Positions 47,670 to 57,070 of a stretch of 64,000 bases of DNA are shown here, piece by piece. Source of the stretch: an uncultured beta proteobacterium (GTDB lineage Bacteria > Pseudomonadota > Gammaproteobacteria > Burkholderiales > SG8-39); assembly GCA_963811085.1 (NCBI GenBank), contig CAWEPV010000003.1:482482-546481 (forward strand), given 5' to 3'. The number at the start of each line of letters is the position of its first letter. The first letter of the stretch is position 1. The position numbers and the translations under genes were made by a program. Under the pieces are notes generated by a model. The model worked only from the letters and a program-made list of their open reading frames with translations, was not told the DNA's origin and made no database searches.

Positions 47670-48041
47670 ATGAACGCGGTGAGCTTCGGCCTGATCGCAG
47701 CCGGCGTGCTGCTCAACACCTTCGCCCAGCTGCTGCTCAAGGCGGGCACCAACTCGATCGGGCACTTCGAATTCGCGCTCGGGCGCGCGTTCGAGATCGG
47801 CCTCAGGTTCGCCGCCAACCCGTACATCCTGGGCGGCATGGCCTGCTACGCGGTGAGCCTGGTGGTCTGGCTGATGGCGCTGTCGCGGGTCGAGGTGAGC
47901 GTGGCCTATCCCATGCTGTCGGTAGGCTTCGCCATCAACGCGGTGCTCGCCTGGTGGCTGCTCGGCGAGCCGGTCACGCTGCAGCGCATCGTCGGCATCG
48001 CGGTCATCATCGTCGGGGTCACCATCGTCGCGAGGTCCTAG
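47670..48041 (+). CDS. SMR/EamA-like small membrane protein, ArnE/ArnF-type flippase subunit
   Basis: 123-aa 4-TM protein at the end of the arn cluster. Confidence 0.7.
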   Translation: MNAVSFGLIAAGVLLNTFAQLLLKAGTNSIGHFEFALGRAFEIGLRFAANPYILGGMACYAVSLVVWLMALSRVEVSVAYPMLSVGFAINAVLAWWLLGEPVTLQRIVGIAVIIVGVTIVARS

Positions 48042-48932
48042 ATGTCGCTTTTCCCGGGTTTCAAAACGAAGAAGATCCGCACCAGCGGCGCCACGATCAA
48101 CCTCGTGACGGCGGGCGAAGGGCCCGGGCTGCTGCTGCTGCACGGCTATCCCGAGACCCACGCCATGTGGCACAAGGTCGCGCCCGCGCTCGCGCGCAGC
48201 CACACGGTGGTCTGCCCCGATCTGCGCGGCTACGGCGACTCGTCCAAACCGAAGGGGCTCGCCGACCACTCGAACTATTCCAAGCGCGCCATGGCGCAGG
48301 ACATGGTCGAGGTGATGGTGAAGCTCGGCCACCCGGACTTCCACCTGGTCGGGCACGACCGCGGCGCGCGCGTCGCGCACCGCCTCGCGCGCGACCACGG
48401 CAGGCGCGTGCGCACGCTCAGCGTGATGGACATCTCGCCCACGCTCAGGATGTACCAGAAGACCGACATGGCCTTCGCGCGCGCCTACTATCACTGGTTC
48501 TTCCTGATCCAGCCCGCGCCGCTGCCGGAGAAGATGCTGCGCGCGGTCGGGCCGGATTACGTGCTGGGGCGCGTCGGGCGCGGCCTTTCCGGCCTGAAGC
48601 CGTTCTCGAAGGCGGCGCTGCGCGAGTACGCGCGCTGCTTTCGCGATCCGCGCACGATTCACGCCACCTGCGAGGACTACCGCGCCGCGGCCGGCATCGA
48701 CCTGGTACACGATCGAAAAGACCTGAAGAAGAAGCTCTCCATGCCGGTGCTGGCGCTGTGGGGCAAACAGGGCGTGGTCGAGGCGCAGTTCGACTGCCTC
48801 GCGGACTGGCGCGCAGTGGCGAAAAACGTGACCGGGCGCGCACTCGACTGCGGCCACTTCCTGCCCGAGGAGCGTCCGGCCGAGGTGCTGCGCGAGGTCG
48901 AGCGCTTCGTTGCGCGTTGCGAGACGCGGTAA
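48042..48932 (+). CDS. Alpha/beta-fold hydrolase (haloacetate dehalogenase / epoxide hydrolase-like)
   Basis: LLLLHGYPETHAMW, nucleophile elbow VGHDRGARV, C-terminal CGHFLPEE. Confidence 0.8.
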   Translation: MSLFPGFKTKKIRTSGATINLVTAGEGPGLLLLHGYPETHAMWHKVAPALARSHTVVCPDLRGYGDSSKPKGLADHSNYSKRAMAQDMVEVMVKLGHPDFHLVGHDRGARVAHRLARDHGRRVRTLSVMDISPTLRMYQKTDMAFARAYYHWFFLIQPAPLPEKMLRAVGPDYVLGRVGRGLSGLKPFSKAALREYARCFRDPRTIHATCEDYRAAAGIDLVHDRKDLKKKLSMPVLALWGKQGVVEAQFDCLADWRAVAKNVTGRALDCGHFLPEERPAEVLREVERFVARCETR

Positions 48933-48950
48933 CTGATCCTCAGGCTGTGC

Positions 48951-50956
48951 GTGAAGATCGCGTCAACAGGCCACTCGTTGCGTTGGTATCGCCCGGAGAT
49001 TGATGGACTCCGCGCCGTAGCCATTATCCCCATAGTGCTGTTTCACGTCGGGTATAAAAGGCTGTCCGGAGGATATGTCGGCGTCGATGTCTTCTTCGTC
49101 ATTTCGGGATACTTGATTACCTCGATAATCCTTCAGCAACTGGACCAGAACAGGTTTTCTTTCAAGGATTTCTACCTCAGAAGGGCCAAACGGATTCTCC
49201 CGGCGCTGTTTATAGTTCTGCTGTTTTCCATTCCGTTTGCAGTTGCCCTGATGCTCCCGTCCGCCCTGAAGGAATTCGGGCGAAGCCTGATCTATGTTTC
49301 AACCTATTCCGCGAACTTCTATTTCCGCAACTCGACCGACTATTTCGCGCCATCCTCCAATCAGATCCCGCTCCTGCACACATGGAGCCTGGCGGTTGAA
49401 GAGCAGTTCTATTTGCTCTACCCGGCGGCACTGTATTTGCTGTGGCGGAAAAACCGGGAACGCGCCCTACTAATAATAGGCATTGCTGCAATAGTTTCGT
49501 TCGCGCTCTCCCTGCTGGGCAGCAGGAACTTTCCAACCAGTAATTTCTATCTGCTTCCGACGCGAGCGTGGGAACTGCTTTTGGGCGCCATCGCCGCTTT
49601 TCTCCAGCGGGAATCGTCCTCGGCAAGTCTCAACAAGAGGCTCGTGGCGAACGCCCTTAGCCTCGCCGGACTGGGCTTGATCGTCTATTCCGTATTTGCG
49701 CTGAATGACCAGATCGCCTTTCCCGGCGCATACGCATTGATTCCTGTCGTGGGGGCCTTCCTCTTCATCCTTTACTCGAGAAGCAACTCCCTATCCCGTG
49801 CGCTGCTATCGGCAAGGCCGGTGGTATACATCGGCAAGCTGTCTTACAGCCTGTATCTCTGGCATTTTCCGGTGATCGTGTTTGCCAGATTCCTTCAAAT
49901 AGGCAAGGACATCTATGTCGGACCCGTCTCGTTGATCCTGTTGACGGGCGCCTTATCCATTGCCAGCTTCCGCCTCATAGAAAATCCAATCCGGTATTCG
50001 AAACTGAACAGGCGAATGCTGGTAGCCGCGCTCGCAACGGCATCGTGCGTCTTTCTGGCGCTCGGCTTTAGCATCTCCGACGATACCGATTTCTATAAAA
50101 CATATAACGCGCGCCAGATTAATTCCTGGCGAGTCTGCACGAACCCCAGTACGAGCAGAACTGGAGCAAATGCTCGAATGCGGCAATAGACGAGCCGTGC
50201 GTGGGCGGCGACAAGAGCGCAAAGGACGAAGTCGTATTGTTTGGCGATTCGCACGCGTTTACGCTGTTTCACACGCTGAGCGACGAATTAGCGGGAAGAA
50301 ACAAGAAGCTGATCCTGTACACCGACGGCAACTGTCCTCCGATGCTCGCGGGCGAGAATCAACACTACGCGGACGATTGCCTGGCTCGCAATCGCAGGAT
50401 CTTCGAGGCGATTGCGCAAGACAGGAATGTCCAGGCTGTTGTGCTTGTCGCGAGATGGAGTTGGTACATCGAGGGAAAGCCGTTCAACAACCAGCGCGGC
50501 GGAATTGGGGATAAATCGAGCGAATTCCTCGGAAAATTCGAATCAGGTTCGGAAAGAGAAACGTTGGTATCGGAGCTGTTCGCCGAAACTTTCGACAAAT
50601 TGAGCGAGATCGGTAAGAAACTGGTCATAGTGGATTCCATTCCCGAGGCGGGCTGGAACGTTCCGAGAAAAATACTCACCGTATTGGAAGATAGCGGCAA
50701 GCAACGGGTCGACCTGTCCTATGACTACCAGACATACCTGAAGAGAGATCAGCGGTTTGCTTTATTGCTCGAGAGGTACAGGATGAACCGGAACGTGGAC
50801 ATCGTCGAGCCGGCTGCCGTGCTGTGCCGGACTTTTGCCGAAGACAAGTGCTCCCAGACCTTGAACGGCGCTCCCTTGTATATGGACGACAACCACGTGA
50901 ACGAGGTCGGCGCCGCACTGATATCCAGGCAAATTGTCGATTCGCTCATGAAGTAA
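48951..50956 (+). pseudogene. AT3-SGNH O-acyltransferase (OafA/YrhL-like) interrupted by a frame break near 50117-50125
   Basis: The AT3 membrane domain (EIDGLRAVAIIPIVLFH...) is ORF 48951-50189. The SGNH domain (VVLFGDSHA...DDNHVN) is open from 50123 in another frame. Total length is 3n+2. Markedly lower GC than the flanks. Confidence 0.75.
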
Positions 50957-51070
50957 GCTGCGGCGAAAATTGTCTTCGAATCAGCCGCCTGAGTGTGAAG
51001 GTTGGGGGGCCGCACCCCGGACACTTGCGATAAAGGCCAAAAACGTGTTCAATGAAAGCGTTGCATCGCA

Positions 51071-51556
51071 TTGCTAAAAAAGGTTTTGAAAAAACCAGGC
51101 ATGCCCGGCAAGGCCGTCAAGGACTTCACCCTGCCCTCGACCGGCGGCACCACGTTCAGGCTCTCGAGCACCCGCGGCAAGATAGTGGTGCTCTACTTCT
51201 ACCCCAAGGACAACACCCCCGGCTGCACCACGGAAGGCGCGGACTTCCGCGACCGCCAGCGCGAGTTCGCGCGCGCCGGGTGCGAGGTCTACGGCGTCTC
51301 GCGCGACTCGGTGAAGTCGCACGAGTCGTTCAAGGCCAAGATGATGTTCCCTTTCGATCTCCTGTCCGACGCCGAGGAGACCGTTTGCGCGCAGTTCGGC
51401 GTCATCAAGCTGAAAAACATGTACGGCAGGCAGGTACGCGGCATCGAGCGCAGCACCTTCGTTCTCGACCGGAACGGGGTGATCGCGCGCGAATGGCGCG
51501 GAGTCAAGGTCCCAGGCCACGCAGAGGAGGTACTGAACTTTGTTAAAGCTCTATGA
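51071..51556 (+). CDS. bcp: Thiol peroxidase Bcp (peroxiredoxin)
   Basis: VVLYFYPKDNTPGCTTE catalytic motif. The start may be ATG 51101 rather than TTG 51071. Confidence 0.9.
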   Translation: MLKKVLKKPGMPGKAVKDFTLPSTGGTTFRLSSTRGKIVVLYFYPKDNTPGCTTEGADFRDRQREFARAGCEVYGVSRDSVKSHESFKAKMMFPFDLLSDAEETVCAQFGVIKLKNMYGRQVRGIERSTFVLDRNGVIAREWRGVKVPGHAEEVLNFVKAL

Positions 51557-53018
51557 TGTCGAACCGGCCGAGGCGGCCGAATCCTCCGTTACCGAAGCAA
51601 TGCCGAAGCGCTCCCGCAAACCCCGCAAACCCAAGATCAAGAAGCTGTTCGTGCTGGACACCAACGTCCTGATGCACGACCCGGCCAGCCTGTTCCGCTT
51701 CGAGGAGCACGACATCTACCTGCCGATGGGCACGCTCGAGGAGCTCGACAGCCACAAGAAGGGGCTGTCGGACGTGGCGCGCAACGCGCGCCAGGCAAGC
51801 CGCTTCCTCGACGACGTGGTCTCGCACGCAAAGGGCGATATCAAGGCCGGTCTGCCTATCCGCACGCCCGAGGGCGCGCCGACCGGCGGGCGCCTGTTCC
51901 TGCAGACCGAGGCGATCAATGCCGAGCTTCCGGCGACGCTGCCGATCGGCAAGACCGACAACCAGATCCTGTCGGTGGTGCGCCACCTGCACGCCCGCGA
52001 GCCGCAGCGCGACGTGGTGCTGGTGTCGAAAGACATCAACATGCGCATCAAGGCGCGCGCGCTCGGCCTCGCCGCGGAGGACTACTTCAACGACAAGGTG
52101 CTGGAGGACGCCGACCTCCTCTACACCGGCGTGCGCAAGCTTCCGGGCAATTTCTGGGACAGCCACGGCCGCGACATGGAGTCGTGGAAGAAAGAAGGCC
52201 ACACCTACTACCGCATCCGTGGCCCGCTGGTGCCGCAGCTCGAGCTGAACGAGTTCGTCTACGACGAATCGGGCGAGCGGCCGCTGTACGCGCTGGTGAA
52301 GGAGAAGTCCGGCCGCGGCGCGGTGCTCGAGACGCTGCGCGACTACACCCACGCCAAGAACTCGGTCTGGGGCATCACCGCGCGCAACCGGGAGCAGAAC
52401 TTCGCCCTCAACTTGCTGATGAACCCGACGATCGACTTCGTCTCGCTGCTCGGCCAGGCCGGCACCGGCAAGACGCTGCTCGCGCTCGCCGCGGGCCTGA
52501 CCCAGGCGCTGGACGACAAGCGCTACACCGAGATAATCATGACGCGCGTCACCGTGCCGCTGGGCGACGACATCGGCTTCCTGCCCGGCACCGAAGAGGA
52601 GAAGATGCAGCCCTGGATGGGCGCGCTGGAGGACAACCTCGACGTGCTGAACGCCTCTGACGAGCCGGGCAGCGAATGGGGACGCGCCGCGACGCGCGAC
52701 CTGGTGCGCTCGCGCATCAAGGTCAAGTCGCTCAATTTCATGCGCGGGCGCACTTTCATCAAGAAGTGGCTCATCATCGACGAGGCGCAGAACCTCACGC
52801 CCAAGCAGATGAAGACCCTCGTGACGCGCGCCGGCCCCGGCACCAAGGTGGTGCTGCTCGGCAACATCGCGCAGATCGACACGCCCTACCTTACCGAGGG
52901 CAGCTCGGGCCTGACCTTCGTCGTCGACCGGATGAAGGGCTGGGCGCACGCCGGGCAGGTCACGCTCGCGCGCGGCGAGCGCTCGCGCCTGGCCGACCAC
53001 GCGGCCGAGGTGCTGTAG
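51540..53018 (+). CDS. PhoH-like ATPase with N-terminal PIN domain (YlaK type)
   Basis: PIN FVLDTNVLMHDP and Walker A GQAGTGKT. The start may be ATG 51600. Confidence 0.9.
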   Translation: MLKLYDVEPAEAAESSVTEAMPKRSRKPRKPKIKKLFVLDTNVLMHDPASLFRFEEHDIYLPMGTLEELDSHKKGLSDVARNARQASRFLDDVVSHAKGDIKAGLPIRTPEGAPTGGRLFLQTEAINAELPATLPIGKTDNQILSVVRHLHAREPQRDVVLVSKDINMRIKARALGLAAEDYFNDKVLEDADLLYTGVRKLPGNFWDSHGRDMESWKKEGHTYYRIRGPLVPQLELNEFVYDESGERPLYALVKEKSGRGAVLETLRDYTHAKNSVWGITARNREQNFALNLLMNPTIDFVSLLGQAGTGKTLLALAAGLTQALDDKRYTEIIMTRVTVPLGDDIGFLPGTEEEKMQPWMGALEDNLDVLNASDEPGSEWGRAATRDLVRSRIKVKSLNFMRGRTFIKKWLIIDEAQNLTPKQMKTLVTRAGPGTKVVLLGNIAQIDTPYLTEGSSGLTFVVDRMKGWAHAGQVTLARGERSRLADHAAEVL

Positions 53019-53037
53019 CGGTCGCGGGCCGCCGGCG

Positions 53038-53274
53038 CTAGAGCTTGGAGTGGGTGCCGTCGCAGAACGGCTTGCCGCCGCTGTGCTTGCAGCCGCAAAG
53101 CCAGACCTTCTGCGCCTCGGTGACGGTGAATTTGAGCGGCGTGAACTCGGAGCCCTTGTGCGAGCCGTCGCAGAACGGCTGCCGCTTCGAGCGCCCGCAG
53201 GCGCACCACCAGTAGTCGCCGGGCGCCAGCTCGACGGCATAGGGCGATTTCTGCGCGATCACCGGCTCGGCCAT
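53038..53274 (-). CDS. CDGSH iron-sulfur domain protein (two CDGSH motifs)
   Basis: CACGRSKRQPFCDGSH and CGCKHSGGKPFCDGTH. Confidence 0.9.
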   Translation of the reverse strand: MAEPVIAQKSPYAVELAPGDYWWCACGRSKRQPFCDGSHKGSEFTPLKFTVTEAQKVWLCGCKHSGGKPFCDGTHSKL

Positions 53275-53296
53275 GAACTCCCCCTCGAGGCAGACG

Positions 53297-54707
53297 TCAG
53301 AACGATCCAGGCGCGGCGAAATTCTCGAAGCGCGTGAACTGGCCAAGGAAGGTCAGCTCGACCTTGCCGATCGGGCCGTTGCGCTGCTTGCCGATGATGA
53401 TCTCGGCACGCCCCTTGACCTCCGGCTTGTCGGGCGAGTAGACCTCGTCGCGGTAGATGAACAGGATCACGTCGGCGTCCTGCTCGATGGCGCCCGATTC
53501 GCGCAGGTCCGACATCATCGGCCGCCGGTCGTTGCGCTGCTCGACCGCGCGCGAGAGCTGCGACAGCGCGATCACCGGCACCTTGAGCTCCTTGGCGAGC
53601 GCTTTGAGCGAGCGCGACATCTCGGAGATCTCGGTGGCGCGGTTTTCGACGCCCCGGGAATTGGACGACGACATCAGCTGCAGGTAGTCGACCACCACCA
53701 GCCCGAGCTTGCCGCCGAACTGGCGCCACAGGCGGCGCGCCCGGGTGCGAATCTCGAGCGAGTTGAGCGCCGCGGTTTCGTCGATGAAGATCGGTGCGTC
53801 GTGCAGCCGGCCCATGGCCTCGGACAGGTCGTGCCACTCCTGGTCCGACAGCCTGCCGGTGCGCATCTTGTGCTGGTCCACGCGCGCGATCGAGCCAAGC
53901 ATCCTGGTGGCGAGCTGCGTGCCGCTCATCTCCATGCTGAACACCGCCACCGGCAGCAGGGTGTTGAGCGCTACGTTTTCCGCGATGTTGAGCGCGAAGC
54001 GCCGTTTTGCCCATCGACGGGCGCCCGGCGACGATGATCAGGTCTCCCGGCTGCAGGCCCGCGGTCTTGGTGTCCAGGTCATGGAATCCCGTGGGCACGC
54101 CCGTCACGTCGGACGGATTGTCGCGGTGATACAGGTGGTCGATGCGCTCGAGCACCCGCGCCAGCACCGGCTTGATCTCCTCCAGCCCCGCGGTGTGGCG
54201 CGAGCCCGCCTCGCCGATTTCGAGGATGCGCGACTCGGCCTCGTCGAGTAGCTGCCCGACCTCCTTGCCGCTCGGGTTGAGCGCGTTCTCCGCGATGTCG
54301 GTCGCGACCTGCGCCAGGCGCCGCTGCACCGCGCGCTCGCGCACCAGCTCGGCGTAGCGGCGAATGTTGAGCGCGCTCGGCGTGTTCTGCGACAGCGCGC
54401 CCAGGTAGGCGGGGCCGCCGGTCTTGTCCTTGTCCTCGCTCGCCTCGATCGATTCCGACACCGTCACGACGTCGGCCGGCTTGGCGGCCTCCACCAGCTT
54501 GACGATGTGGCGGTAGATGCGACGGTGGTCGTCGCGGTAGAAGTCTTGCGCCGAGACCAGGTCGGCGATGCGGTCGAAGGCCTGGTTGTCCAGCAGCAGC
54601 CCGCCAAGCAGCGATTGCTCGGCCTCGACCGAGTGCGGCGGCACCTTCAGCGCCAGTAGCTGGGCGTCCGAGCTGTCGCTGCGCAGCGTCTGAGGCGTCT
54701 GGGCCAT
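53297..54707 (-). CDS. dnaB: Replicative DNA helicase, 1-nt frame break near 53999-54002
   Basis: N-terminal PPHSVEAEQSLLGGLL, Walker A GRPSMGKTA, then FALNIAENVALNTLLPVAVFSMEMS continues in the frame of ORF 53297-53950. Length is 3n+1. Confidence 0.95.
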
Positions 54708-54721
54708 GAGGAGTCGATGCT

Positions 54722-54752
54722 ACAAAAAGAAAAGGGCTGTTGCCAGCCCTTT
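54722..54752 (-). terminator. Rho-independent terminator after rplI
   Basis: Minus strand reads AAAGGGCTG-GCAA-CAGCCCTTT followed by TCTTTTTGT. Confidence 0.7.
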
Positions 54753-54780
54753 CGTCACGCGACCAGCGCGTGCGCGCAAA

Positions 54781-55230
54781 TCACGCTTCGCCGAGCACCG
54801 AAATCGTAATCGTACTCACCACGTCGGTGTAGAGCTCGATCTCGAGCGGGAAGTCGCCCACCTGCTTGAGCGGTCCCTGAGGCATGCGCACCTGGCGCCG
54901 CTCGATCTCGACGCCCTGCTTCTGCAGCGCCTCGACGATGTCGTAGTTGGTGACCGAGCCGAACAGCCTTCCGTCGACGCCCGCCTTCTGGGTGATCTGC
55001 ACCGTCAGGCCCTCAAGCTTGGCGCCGTGCGCCTGCGCCTCGGCCAGCGCCGCGGCATGCGACTTCTCGAGCTCGGCCCGGCGGGCCTCGAACGCCTTCA
55101 GGTTGTCGGGCGTCGCTCGTTTGGCCTTGCCGTGCGGAATCAGATAGTTGCGGGCATAGCCGTCCTTTACCTTGACGACGTCGCCGAGGTTGCCGAGGTG
55201 GCCCACCTTCTCCATCAGGATCACTTGCAT
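54781..55230 (-). CDS. rplI: 50S ribosomal protein L9
   Basis: [32 protein letters not shown]. Confidence 0.97.
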   Translation of the reverse strand: MQVILMEKVGHLGNLGDVVKVKDGYARNYLIPHGKAKRATPDNLKAFEARRAELEKSHAAALAEAQAHGAKLEGLTVQITQKAGVDGRLFGSVTNYDIVEALQKQGVEIERRQVRMPQGPLKQVGDFPLEIELYTDVVSTITISVLGEA

Positions 55231-55240
55231 GGCGCGCCCC

Positions 55241-55534
55241 TCAGTGCAGGTCGGTGTACGGCAGCAGCGCGAGGAAGCGCGCGCGCTTGATCGCGGTCGA
55301 GAGCTGGCGCTGGTAGCCGGCCGAGGTTCCCGTGATGCGCGCCGGGATGATCTTGCCGTTCTCGTTCACGAAATCCTTGAGGATGTCGATGTCCTTGTAG
55401 TCGATCCACTCGATCTTCTCGGCCGTGAAGCGGCAGAACTTGCGGCGCCGGAACAGCGCCTTCTGCCCGCGGTCCTTCTTGTCCTTGCTGAACTTTCCTT
55501 TACCTTTGCCTTTTCCTCTGCGCGGCGGGGGCAT
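55241..55534 (-). CDS. rpsR: 30S ribosomal protein S18
   Basis: [21 protein letters not shown]...[17 protein letters not shown] 55534 with a GAAGGAG RBS is preferred over TTG 55540. Confidence 0.95.
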   Translation of the reverse strand: MPPPRRGKGKGKGKFSKDKKDRGQKALFRRRKFCRFTAEKIEWIDYKDIDILKDFVNENGKIIPARITGTSAGYQRQLSTAIKRARFLALLPYTDLH

Positions 55535-55536
55535 GC

Positions 55537-55845
55537 TCAAACTCCTTCAGTAAATTCGATCTTGGTCAGGTGCAGAACCAGCTTCTTCGATCGCCGGCTC
55601 TTTGCGCACAAAAATCCTTCTGCTCTCAGCGGGCTGCCGGGCGCGGCGGCGGCCAGCAGCCGGGCGTCGGTCTGGAACGCAATCGCGTCGACTTCCGCTT
55701 CCACCTTGCGCCTGGACCCTGCTTCGACGGCTTCCGACTCGTGGCGGATGCGGCAATCGATCACCGGAATTCCCGCAGGCGTGTGGCGCAGCGCGCCGAG
55801 CTCCGCAAGCGTTCCCGACAGTTCGACCCGGTTCGCCTGGTCCAA
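55537..55845 (-). CDS. priB: Primosomal replication protein N
   Basis: 102-aa OB-fold protein in the conserved rpsF-priB-rpsR-rplI position. Confidence 0.85.
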   Translation of the reverse strand: MDQANRVELSGTLAELGALRHTPAGIPVIDCRIRHESEAVEAGSRRKVEAEVDAIAFQTDARLLAAAAPGSPLRAEGFLCAKSRRSKKLVLHLTKIEFTEGV

Positions 55846-55852
55846 ACGGCGC

Positions 55853-56233
55853 TCAGGCGGCCTCGGTCTCGGCGGGCTTCGCTTCCGCGCCGCGCTCCAT
55901 CAGCGACTTGGATTTCTCCTCCTTCATCATCGGGGAGGGATCGGTGACCGGCTTGGTCATCTTGACGATCAGGTGGCGCAGCACGGCGTCGCTGAACTTG
56001 AACGAGTTGTTGAGCTCGTCGACCGTTTCCTGGTCGCACTCGATGTTCATGAGTACGTAGTGCGCCTTGTGCACCTTCTGCAGCGGGTAGGTGAGCTGGC
56101 GCCGGCCCCAGTCCTCGAGGCGGTGCACGATGCCGCTGCGCGCGCTGATGACGCCTTTGTAGCGCTCGACCATTGCGGGCACCTGCTCGCTCTGGTCCGG
56201 ATGGACGATGAATACGATCTCGTAATGCCGCAC
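55853..56233 (-). CDS. rpsF: 30S ribosomal protein S6
   Basis: (M)[27 protein letters not shown] start 5 nt after AAGGAGA. Confidence 0.95.
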   Translation of the reverse strand: MRHYEIVFIVHPDQSEQVPAMVERYKGVISARSGIVHRLEDWGRRQLTYPLQKVHKAHYVLMNIECDQETVDELNNSFKFSDAVLRHLIVKMTKPVTDPSPMMKEEKSKSLMERGAEAKPAETEAA

Positions 56234-56310
56234 GTTTTCTCCTTGTGGGTTTAAGCCGCCCGTCATGCGTCGCGGTGCGGCAAGGAAGGGCGCGAATTAT
56301 ATAGGAATAT

Positions 56311-57070
56311 CTAGGGCTTGAGCAAGGTTCGGCGCCGCACCGACTCGAACAGGGCGACCCCCGCGGCGACCGAGACGTTGAGGCTTTCGACCTCGCCCCG
56401 CATCGGGATGCGAACCAGCAGGTCGCAGCGCTCGCGCGTCAGGCGCCGCATGCCCTCGCCTTCGGCGCCCAGCACCCAGGCGATCGCCTCGGGCAGGTCG
56501 GCCTGGTACAGGCTCTGATCCGCGCTGCCGTCGGTGCCGACCACCCAGATTCCACGCTCCTTCAGCTCGTCGATGGTGCGCGCCAGGTTGGTGACCATGA
56601 GGTAGGGCGTGGATTCGGCCGCGCCGCTGGCGACCTTCGAGACCGCGGCGCTGATGCCGGCGGCGCGGTCCTTCGGCGCGACGACCGCGTGCGCCCCGGC
56701 CGCGTTCGCCACCCGCAGGCAGGCGCCGAGGTTGTGCGGATCGGTCACGCCGTCGAGCAGCAGCACAAGCGGCGGCTCCCTGCACCTGGTCCAGGATATC
56801 GTCCAGGCTGTGGCTCAGGCTCTTCACCTCCACCCGCGCGACCACGCCCTGGTGCCGGCCGCCGCCATAGAAGCCGTCCAGGCGCTTGGCCGGAACCTTC
56901 ATCACTTTCACGCCCGCGCGCTCGGCCGTCGCCGCGACGTCCTTGATGCGCGCATCGTGGCGCGACTCGTCGACGTACAGCTCGAGCACCGAGGAAGGAT
57001 CGGCGCGCAGGCGCGCGAGCACGGCGTGGAAGCCGACCACCACCCGGGGCTCGCGCGGCGGCCTGTTCAT
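56311..57070 (-). CDS. rlmB: 23S rRNA (guanosine-2'-O)-methyltransferase RlmB (SpoU/TrmH), 1-nt frame break near 56774-56782
   Basis: The N-terminal L30e-like part is in the frame of ORF 56297-57340. The SpoU part ([17 protein letters not shown]...ESLNVSVA) is in ORF 56311-56766. Length is 3n+1. ATGA overlap with rnr. Confidence 0.9.

Noticed and set aside
53297-54707. dnaB as a true pseudogene.
   Set aside because: The replicative helicase is essential, and both halves are fully conserved apart from one extra base. An assembly indel is far more likely.
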